From IMG/VR virus record IMGVR_UViG_3300042482_000702, positions 258,478-322,477 of that record: a stretch of 64,000 nucleotides of DNA; one strand, given 5' to 3'. The translations under genes were made by a program, and so were the position numbers. Shown here piece by piece: positions 7,521 to 16,000 of this stretch (position 1 is its first letter; each line of letters opens with the position of its first letter). Below the pieces are notes generated by a model that was given only the letters and a program-made list of their open reading frames with translations, was not told where the DNA came from and ran no database searches.

Positions 7521-8088
7521 ATTTTAAAAGTTGTTTAATTCTAATTATATTTTCGTTAAGGTCATCGTCTTTTTTCTTTTTTTTCGGTTTGTCGGACAAT
7601 GATTTATTAATAAACGATATTGGACTTAAAAGTATATCGGAAAAAATATCAGACCCCCCAATTCTAGGTTCATTTGATTTTACAATAGGTTCTTTGGTTT
7701 TAGGTTCTTTGGTTTTAGAGTCTTTAACATTTTTGTTAAATTGATGACCACTTAAAAAATTATCAACATTTTGTTTTGATTTGTTTTTATTTAGTATTGA
7801 GAATGATATTTCTTTATCGGAAAAATATCCAATAGTGTGTCCTTGTTTTACTGTACTACCAATTCCAACAATAACTCTACCTATTTCACAAAAATCTGAA
7901 TAAAATGTCTCCCCATTAACATTATGCTCAATACTAAGATTTCCATCACAACGATTAAAGGATGGTACAACTATACCATCATAAGGACTAACTAATCTAT
8001 CGTTATCGTATGATGAAAGACCGACAGTTTTTGATAACATACCTTGGTTTAAGTTACCATTAGGTGAAGGTGAGATGAAATGATTCAT
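7519..8088 (-). CDS. M23 peptidase-fold protein, probably catalytically inactive
   Basis: VSPYDGIV..SIEH..VGIGSTVKQGHTIG pattern; Zn-binding HxxxD/HxH not evident. Confidence 0.6.
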   Translation of the reverse strand: MNHFISPSPNGNLNQGMLSKTVGLSSYDNDRLVSPYDGIVVPSFNRCDGNLSIEHNVNGETFYSDFCEIGRVIVGIGSTVKQGHTIGYFSDKEISFSILNKNKSKQNVDNFLSGHQFNKNVKDSKTKEPKTKEPIVKSNEPRIGGSDIFSDILLSPISFINKSLSDKPKKKKKDDDLNENIIRIKQLLK

Positions 8089-8714
8089 TATAATAAATTT
8101 TTTATACGATTAATACTCTCAAGTATTCTTTTATTTTTAAAAAAATTTTCATTATTTAGCGACATTATTTTTGATAATCCAGCAGATAATAAATCACCTC
8201 CAAGTTCCGGTTTTCCATCAACATAGGTAGTAGTTGTTGTGTCATCATTATTGGTTAAACCACTTTCTGTTGAACTATTTTTTTTTGACCCTTCTGGTTG
8301 ACCACTTCTATATGAAATATGAAAATGTCCTCCGGTGGCTTTGGCTGTTGGATTTGTATATTCATCAATATATGAAAATCCATTATATTTTGTTTTATAT
8401 GAATCTAATAATGACTTAAAAGATGAATGACATGAACTATCTAAAGTCACATCAACCGCTTCACCTTTGGTATGACGACTAGTATAACTAGTAATTTTTT
8501 TATGGAAAGCGTCATTACCGGATGTGAAAGTTAAAGGACAATTACTCTTTAGTTTTTTCCAATCATCCATGAATTTAGATAATATATCTAAAAAATCAGA
8601 TTGTAATTCACCCCCTGAAGTTAATTCATTTCCTTTTTCAGCATTCCCAACACTTTTAAGTTTAGATTTAAATTCTGATGATGAAATTTCCAATAATGTT
8701 ATTAATTTTTTCAT
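8088..8714 (-). CDS. Peptidase M15-family cell-wall hydrolase
   Basis: TSGNDAFH, SRHTKGEAVD and GGHFHIS motifs. Confidence 0.75.
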   Translation of the reverse strand: MKKLITLLEISSSEFKSKLKSVGNAEKGNELTSGGELQSDFLDILSKFMDDWKKLKSNCPLTFTSGNDAFHKKITSYTSRHTKGEAVDVTLDSSCHSSFKSLLDSYKTKYNGFSYIDEYTNPTAKATGGHFHISYRSGQPEGSKKNSSTESGLTNNDDTTTTTYVDGKPELGGDLLSAGLSKIMSLNNENFFKNKRILESINRIKNLL

Positions 8715-8715
8715 A

Positions 8716-9321
8716 TTATTGTTGTAGATGGTTCATTAAGACACCACCCAATGAGGCTGAATACATTTTTAAATGTTGAATATCGTCTTCATCAAGTTTA
8801 GTTTTTCTTTTTGTATAATCTAAACCCAATGTTCCAATATACTTTCCGTCAATGGATTTGATTGGGAATAAGTATCCGGATTTACATCCGGTATCTTCGG
8901 CAACATATTTTAATCCAAAAGTTGCTATTGTCTCATCTTTGTAATCAGCGATTTCAATAGATTCGTTTTCTAATAAATAGTTGATAGATTTTGAAAATAA
9001 ATTAACGGGGATATTTTGGAAGTTTGACTGAATGGATGAGACACCGGTTCTTACTGTTTCGTAAATAACGCTAAACTTAGCCATTGATTTACCTGTTGGG
9101 TAGAAATTACCTCCATTATGGAATTGGGTTACCCAAACTCTATCAGGTTTTAATTCGTCTTTGATACGGTCCAATTTAGACATTACAAGTTCACTAACTT
9201 TTAAGGTTTCTATAACCATATCAGGTTTTTGACTCCTTTTATCTAATTTATTTTTAATAAATAATAATATAACAGGACCTAAAACCCCCGTGATAAACGC
9301 TACTATTACCGATGTATTCAT
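8716..9321 (-). CDS. Single-TM protein with C-terminal GAF-like domain (T4 holin T-like architecture)
   Basis: N-terminal TM helix; DRVWVTQFHNGG..FPIKSIDGKYIGTLGLDY GAF-like pattern; first gene of a hydrolase operon. Confidence 0.55.
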   Translation of the reverse strand: MNTSVIVAFITGVLGPVILLFIKNKLDKRSQKPDMVIETLKVSELVMSKLDRIKDELKPDRVWVTQFHNGGNFYPTGKSMAKFSVIYETVRTGVSSIQSNFQNIPVNLFSKSINYLLENESIEIADYKDETIATFGLKYVAEDTGCKSGYLFPIKSIDGKYIGTLGLDYTKRKTKLDEDDIQHLKMYSASLGGVLMNHLQQ

Positions 9322-9397
9322 AATTTGTTAATATATCAAAATAAATAGTTTAAAAATAAAAAAAGTGAGGACAATTCCTCACTTTTTATCTTTTTTC

Positions 9398-10423
9398 TTA
9401 CAACTTTTTAAATTCCGGTCTGATTAAATTCCATATAATCTCGGAGTAATCCTTACGGTCAAACATTCTAAATAAAATACCTGATAAATGTTTAGGTTGT
9501 TCTGACACCCACTGAGCAAATTCTTTTCTATCTGTGATGGGTTCTTTATCGTTATACTTACCATACATTTTACCATCAAATCTTTTACCAGCATCTTCGG
9601 ATATTGACATAAAAAAATATCGCAATTCTTTTACATAATTTTTAATTTTAGTGTAAAATTCATCCGGAACATCTTTTAATAATTCCATCACATCTTCACC
9701 ATTTTTTAAATACTCCCAAATACCTGTTGTAGATACATTAGTCATGATTTTGTGAAGACGCAAATATTCAATACCTTTAACCTTAACCCTATCCCCATTT
9801 GAGAACTTCACCACAAACCCCTCTTGGTCGTTTTTAACCATTTCTTTTAATTGTTTGTAGTCATTGATACCATCGTATTTTTTAACGACATCAAAACCCC
9901 ATTCATCCCAATCTGTGATGTCATAATCTTTACCCCAATTATCGAATGCTCCCAATAGGACCAGTTTCTCTTCACCTTTATAATCCAAAACAATTCTGTT
10001 TTCCGGGTAGATAATCTCAAAACAAAATGTCATATGTCTGAACATTATGTCAGTGTTGTATTTCTGTAAGAGTTCGGTAGCCTTGATTGCTTGGTCTGAT
10101 GTAAATGAACCACGAGTGGCAACCACCCATTGACCCTGATACCAAAATACGATACCTAATGAACCATCCATTTTTTCATAAACCTCAAAGGTTTCAGTTG
10201 GAGTATATTTTCCTTCTTCTATGTTAAAGAATTTTTTGAATGGTGTTGCAACAATGTCTCCTTTGTCGTCAGTAACTAAACCTCTACACATAAGGGTCAC
10301 CTCATCCCATAGGTTCTCGTACTGAACTTTTTCAGAGTAGTTCCATATGGTTAATGGAAGTGTTGGATGTACTTGTTTGTAAAGTAATCCGTCTTCGTAA
10401 TATTTGTTTAGTTTTTCTAACAT
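9398..10423 (-). CDS. RNA ligase, T4 Rnl1 family
   Basis: Motif I EKMDGSLG, FEII, EGFVV, RVKVK; N-terminal WNYS..CRGLV..KKFFN. Confidence 0.88.
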   Translation of the reverse strand: MLEKLNKYYEDGLLYKQVHPTLPLTIWNYSEKVQYENLWDEVTLMCRGLVTDDKGDIVATPFKKFFNIEEGKYTPTETFEVYEKMDGSLGIVFWYQGQWVVATRGSFTSDQAIKATELLQKYNTDIMFRHMTFCFEIIYPENRIVLDYKGEEKLVLLGAFDNWGKDYDITDWDEWGFDVVKKYDGINDYKQLKEMVKNDQEGFVVKFSNGDRVKVKGIEYLRLHKIMTNVSTTGIWEYLKNGEDVMELLKDVPDEFYTKIKNYVKELRYFFMSISEDAGKRFDGKMYGKYNDKEPITDRKEFAQWVSEQPKHLSGILFRMFDRKDYSEIIWNLIRPEFKKL

Positions 10424-10561
10424 AATTTTATTTTTTCTTTTTCTTTTTTTTAATAGGTCTTTCAGGTCTTTCTAAATATCTTGGGGGTAAAGGGATTTGT
10501 CTTCCCCCTTTGAATACATTCCCATTTCCCATCATGAGGAAGGACCAAATAAGCCACCCTA

Positions 10562-10945
10562 TCATAATTTTATTTCAAACCTATCTTTCATTTGTACTAA
10601 TTTATCCTCCGGAACTCCATGTTCATTAACACCACCGTGTCTATTTTCTACAATGATGGAGAATACCTTATATCCGTATTCTTTTGCCAAGTCATAGTAA
10701 GGTTGCATCTCCCATTCCTGAGTAAATGTGTTTGATACTACCACTCTTTTGCTTTTGTTTCCCATAAAAACTCTCACAGCGTTTTGACACCAAGCATGAG
10801 CCTCTTTTAATTTAGAACCATCAAATTCGTACTTACCTTCGTAGGTAAAGTATTTATCTGCTTCCATATGCAACCCCCCTAATGATTCCGCCAATGTTGT
10901 TTTACCTGAGCCGGGACAACCACGAACTAAAAATAATTCTTTCAT
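10562..10945 (-). CDS. P-loop kinase (AAA_33/polynucleotide-kinase-like)
   Basis: LFLVRGCPGSGKTT, ADKYF, VVVSNTF, HGVP. Confidence 0.82.
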   Translation of the reverse strand: MKELFLVRGCPGSGKTTLAESLGGLHMEADKYFTYEGKYEFDGSKLKEAHAWCQNAVRVFMGNKSKRVVVSNTFTQEWEMQPYYDLAKEYGYKVFSIIVENRHGGVNEHGVPEDKLVQMKDRFEIKL

Positions 10946-10946
10946 A

Positions 10947-11228
10947 TTAATTTTTTAAATATTTTACAATCTTTTCAAATTTTTCGGTATCATCCGAATT
11001 AATAATAAACTCATCAAACGCTCCGTACCTACATTGATAACCAAAAATATATTTCAAACCATAACTAACTCTTTCCCAAAAAGGTCGTTTAGTTAAATGA
11101 GTATGGATATATACCATCGGATATTTCACACCATCAATCTCGTCTTCATCATACATTACCACCATTTGATGTTCTGTGTTATGACAAGAACAGATGAATA
11201 AATCTTTTTGTGTTTGAGTAATTTTCAT
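10947..11228 (-). CDS. Hypothetical protein
   Basis: 93-aa ORF within the operon. Confidence 0.7.
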   Translation of the reverse strand: MKITQTQKDLFICSCHNTEHQMVVMYDEDEIDGVKYPMVYIHTHLTKRPFWERVSYGLKYIFGYQCRYGAFDEFIINSDDTEKFEKIVKYLKN

Positions 11229-11229
11229 A

Positions 11230-11892
11230 TTATTTTCTTTTTCGACCTTCGTCGGTTATCATATCATCTGTGTGATGGTCATCATCCATGTTTGATTTAA
11301 TTTCTCTCAATTTTACAATCTTAATAACATTGTCTAATGAGTATGGTGCAAAAAACAATGAACCATCAATACCAACATCCATTCTACGACCTTTACCAAA
11401 GATTTTACCCGTTGGGAGATGTACATGTCCATGGAGGTGAATATGACCCTTATTTAACCCATCCCAAGAATCAATAGGGTAGTGCATTAAAACCAAAGTA
11501 TCAAATTTATACATCAATTTTGTGTAGTGATTGACACTTGAAAACAATTCCTGACAATCCCCTCGGTTATTTTCAATGTGATGGTCATGATTACCCAATA
11601 TAAGGTGAATCTCTTGACATACAATTCTATCTCTAAAAATTTTCACATTTTCAAATCCGCCAAAACTCCAATCACCCAAATGAATCAAAACATCATCTTG
11701 ACCAACAACACTATTAATACCGTTTACGATAGCGTCGTTCATCTCCCCAATATTACTAAAATCTCTTGTTTGAGCAATTGGAACACTCCCATCCGGAAGT
11801 CTCCATTCTGTTACACCACGACATATATTCTTATGTCCAAAGTGAGTGTCGGATATAATCCAAACTTTTCTATCTTTATCTATCTTAATCAT
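11230..11892 (-). CDS. Calcineurin-like metallophosphoesterase
   Basis: SDTHFGH, HLGDW, LGNHD and HLHGHVH motifs. Confidence 0.88.
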   Translation of the reverse strand: MIKIDKDRKVWIISDTHFGHKNICRGVTEWRLPDGSVPIAQTRDFSNIGEMNDAIVNGINSVVGQDDVLIHLGDWSFGGFENVKIFRDRIVCQEIHLILGNHDHHIENNRGDCQELFSSVNHYTKLMYKFDTLVLMHYPIDSWDGLNKGHIHLHGHVHLPTGKIFGKGRRMDVGIDGSLFFAPYSLDNVIKIVKLREIKSNMDDDHHTDDMITDEGRKRK

Positions 11893-12382
11893 ACTGCAAA
11901 TCTAATTCTTTTTTTCCAAACCAAAAAGGTTTTTCTCTGTTTTTCCAAGACGCTAAATTAATTTTAGCACCCATATAATAATTTCTATAAGATTCCACAA
12001 CAGAATCCACCTTAAACTCATCCGGCATTGCCATTGCTGGTTGAGTAAAACCAATATCCGGGATGTTAGGTCTATTTAAAATACACCATAAAACCACTTC
12101 AATTGATTTATGTTTTTTACCATACCTGTGGGTATATTCTTTACCTAATTCCAAACCCAATTCACACAAATACAAATAATTTGATAAACTCTGACGAGTC
12201 CATACCGCACAAGGGTGATTTTTATGAGACAACTTGTACGGTACTTGGTCGTTAACTTGGTCGGTTACGTGATGAACCGAACATAATAATTGAGCGGTTT
12301 CCAAAATCATTTTAACTACGTGTTTATCTACGTGGTATTGAGCCGATAGTTTAGGATTCTCATCCAAGAAAAATATATTCAT
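11885..12382 (-). CDS. Pyrimidine-dimer DNA glycosylase (DenV)-related protein
   Basis: MNIFFLD..DKHVVKMILETAQLL, HKNHPCAVW, EYTHRYGKKH, AMPDEFK..YRNYY; TATCTTTG promoter at 12407-12414. Confidence 0.7.
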   Translation of the reverse strand: MNIFFLDENPKLSAQYHVDKHVVKMILETAQLLCSVHHVTDQVNDQVPYKLSHKNHPCAVWTRQSLSNYLYLCELGLELGKEYTHRYGKKHKSIEVVLWCILNRPNIPDIGFTQPAMAMPDEFKVDSVVESYRNYYMGAKINLASWKNREKPFWFGKKELDLQYD

Positions 12383-12417
12383 TATTTATTTTTAAATATT
12401 ACGGGACAAAGATACAA

Positions 12418-12564
12418 CTATTTTTTTTTATTCCAAGGGATTGAACCTTTTTTTCTTCCTGTTTTTTCTATACAGATTTCATCAATTTTATCAAATTTAT
12501 GATATCTCCAAATAAAACCTCCGGAACTTTTTGACTTACCTAACGAACAATAATGTTTGGTTAT
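12418..12564 (-). pseudogene. Homing-endonuclease remnant (NUMOD1 and NUMOD3-like motifs)
   Basis: Startless open frame ITKHYCSLGKSKSSGGFIWRYHKFDKIDEICIEKTGRKKGSIPWNKKK*. Confidence 0.6.
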
Positions 12565-13019
12565 TTAATAGGTATTCGAACCCTAACACAGGTCTCAGGT
12601 TGTTTTTCATTTTTTAAGAAATTGTTAATCCAACCACAAATATTATGTGCTCCAACAGGATTTGCTGAATGAACATATATCGTTGGAAAAGTAAATTTAC
12701 CGTCTTTTTTTTCATTTCTTGTCATATTAATTCTTTCCGGAAATTCATAATAAAATTGATTAACCAAGAATTTAGCAGCATCATATCCAGTTTTCTCGTT
12801 AATATTGTTATAATCCAAAGTGTAATTTGGCGAGACATTATCAAAATACTCTTTCATAGCTGAATCACCCAAATCGTGGTCTAAGGAGATTGTGCTAATA
12901 TTTTCTAACCCAATTTTATTAATTTCATTAACAAAATCGTCGTAATCTCTTACAACAATCCAATCATCTCCGGTTGGAGTTCTTACATCATCGAGATAAA
13001 TTCTACAGAGTGTTTTCAT
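12561..13019 (-). CDS. Cyclic-phosphate-processing receiver domain protein
   Basis: IYLDDVR, ISLDHDLG, TGYD, VHSANPVG; promoter TATCTTTG at 13037-13044. Confidence 0.78.
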   Translation of the reverse strand: MKTLCRIYLDDVRTPTGDDWIVVRDYDDFVNEINKIGLENISTISLDHDLGDSAMKEYFDNVSPNYTLDYNNINEKTGYDAAKFLVNQFYYEFPERINMTRNEKKDGKFTFPTIYVHSANPVGAHNICGWINNFLKNEKQPETCVRVRIPIK

Positions 13020-13089
13020 ATTATTTAATTTTAAGGCAAAGATAATGTTTTTTTTTGTTAAAAAAAAGTATTTATATAAAAATAATAAT

Positions 13090-16000
13090 ATGAAAGGTCA
13101 AAAATTAGAAATTAGAAATAACGGTAATTCAAACACAACAATAAAATATCAAAATTTTAATGATTCTATATGGAGAAATGGTGTGATATTAAGAGCTAAC
13201 CAAATCATGAAAATATGGTGTGTTAAAGGAACTTTTTCTTCCGTATCAAAAAATGTTGTAATTTTATCATCCCTTGATTGGCCACTGGCTAAACCACCAG
13301 TAATTGGAACATCTAACTGTGTTTTACCAGATGGGTTAATCTCGATTAATGTTTTAACATCAATCGTACTTGAGAATCCAAGTGAAATTATAACATTTGA
13401 TTTAACATTTGACCCAATTAATGATTGGATGTATTTAAAATCAGACCCAAATTACATTAATAGAAATGAAATAAGAACGTACACCTCAATTTATAGTTAC
13501 AACCCTCAACGAATGGTTTTATATGATAGACGTACCGGATGTAAAGCAATTAATGGTTTTTATGTGTCTACTAACATTGTATACGTTACAAATGGTGTAA
13601 TGGAAATAACTGACGATACTGGTACGAGAAATCCAACACCAACACCAACGAAATCTTTACCACCAACACCAACACCAACAGAAACTCCAACACCAACACC
13701 AACGAAAACATTAACGCCTACGCCTACCCCAAGTTTAACCCCAAATTTCACACATAGTTTAAGATTAACATTTGACACTACTGAAAATATAAATTTATTA
13801 GTTGGCGACCCTACCAATGTTTTAAATTGGAATGTTTTTTTTGATTCATGGAATTATGGTAACTCATTTTCATCTGTAACTATTGACGATGTTAATGTTA
13901 TATTATTTGGAGGTGGTAATCTCACAATAAAAAATAATTTATTTGAAGGGAATAATTCTTTAATAGGGATTGTCGACGAATTTAATTGTGTAATTAGTTT
14001 AGGTGATTATGTTTTTTCTTCTTGTTTAAATTTAACAACAATAAATTTACCAAGTGTTACATATTGTGGCGAATATTGTTTTAATAACATCCCAAAAGTT
14101 GAGGTTATTAATTTACCGAATTTAATGGTGGCACTTTCAAATTCATTTAACGGAGAATCAGTTTTAACCGAATTATCTTTACCTAGTTTAATAAATGCTG
14201 GTTCATATTGTTTTAATTCTCGTAGTAATGTAACAAAATTTTATTTACCAAATTTAATATCAATAGAGAATTACGGATTTAATAATTGTACATCAATAAC
14301 TGATTTATACATCCCTTCTATATTGGCATTTGGGGAAACTTTTGATAGTTATGAAATTTTTGACGGTACAACGGGAAATACGATAAATTTAACTGTATCA
14401 TCATATGTTATGACGGGTAATACAGGTCTTCCGGATACCGATATTCAATATCTTATAGATAATAATAACATTACGTTAACAATTGTAGATGTACAGACAT
14501 CAAGTTTTACACAACCATCTCTTATGTTGGTTTTTGATGATATATCTAACGCAGAAACTTTAATGGGTTATTCCTTATCGGTCAGAGATTGGAACACATT
14601 CTTTGATTTACCAACTTATGGTTATCCATTTACTAGCGTAGAAGTAAGTGGTAATACAGTTAGTTTATTTGGTGGTTCTCAGATTATTATTAAAGATGAA
14701 TTATTCTTAAATAATATTCATTTAATTTCTGTAAGTGATACTTTAGGTTGTGTTATGTCAATCGGTAATTATAGTTTTCTAGGTTGTACATCCGCACTAA
14801 CCTTTAATTTCCCATCAGTAGTGAGCGTAGGAATATACGGAGGTTGTTTTGAACAGTGTGTGTCATTAACAACAATTAATTTACCGTTAGTCACAATTAT
14901 AAGTGATGATTGTTTTTACAATTGTACTAGTTTAATAAGTATTAATTTACCATGGGTTACAACTATAGGTATTTCTTCTTTTGCTTATTGTTCTTCATTA
15001 ACAACAATGAATTTACCTTTATGTACTAATTTAGGAGAAACTGTTGTGAATAATAATGTGTTTGCTAATATAACGGGACAAACTATAACATTAACAATAC
15101 CTTCTGAACTAATGACGTGTAATGAAGGACTTCCCGATGGAGATGTACAATATCTTATAGATAATAATGAGGTGACAGTCGTAGAAATATCGACTTCAGC
15201 TGAGATATACTTATCTCTAAATTTAACATTTGATAATATCACTAACGCCGATTTACTTGTTGGGGATGTATCATTAATAACAAACTGGAATACTTTCTTT
15301 GACCTTCCCACTTATGGAAATCAATTTATTAATGTAGAAGTAAGTGGTAATACGGTTAGTTTAATGGGTGGTTCTGAAATAACTATTAAACATAATTTAT
15401 TTTATAATAACATTAATATAATATCTATTTATGATACAGGTAGTGTTATAGCTTTAAACAATTCTAGTTTTGATTCTTGTACTAATTTAACAACAATAAA
15501 TTTACCTTCTTGTATTAATTTAGGTGGTTCAGTTTTAAATGATGATGTTTTTAATTTTATTGTAGGACAAACAATAACATTAACTATTCCAAATATATTA
15601 ATGACATGTAATGGGGGATTTCCTGATGGTGACATTCAGTATCTTATAGATAATAATGATGTGACAGTTATAGAAATAACAATCCCTATCCCAACACCAA
15701 CCCCAACACCAACCCCTATCCCAACACCAACACCATCAAATGATTTGACATACATGTTATTACCGGATAATGATTTATACTATGAATTGATTGAACCGAC
15801 ACCGACACCAACACCTACACCTACACCAACAGCAATTTTTGTGGATTGTGTGAATGAAGGTTTACTATATAATTGGCAAGCCGCGACATATAGTGGTACA
15901 GGTAATACCACAATTGCACCAGCTGGATGGCACTTACCAACAATTGAAGAATTTAACACTTTAAGAACATTCTTGTCAAACAGTTCTTATGATTTAATTG

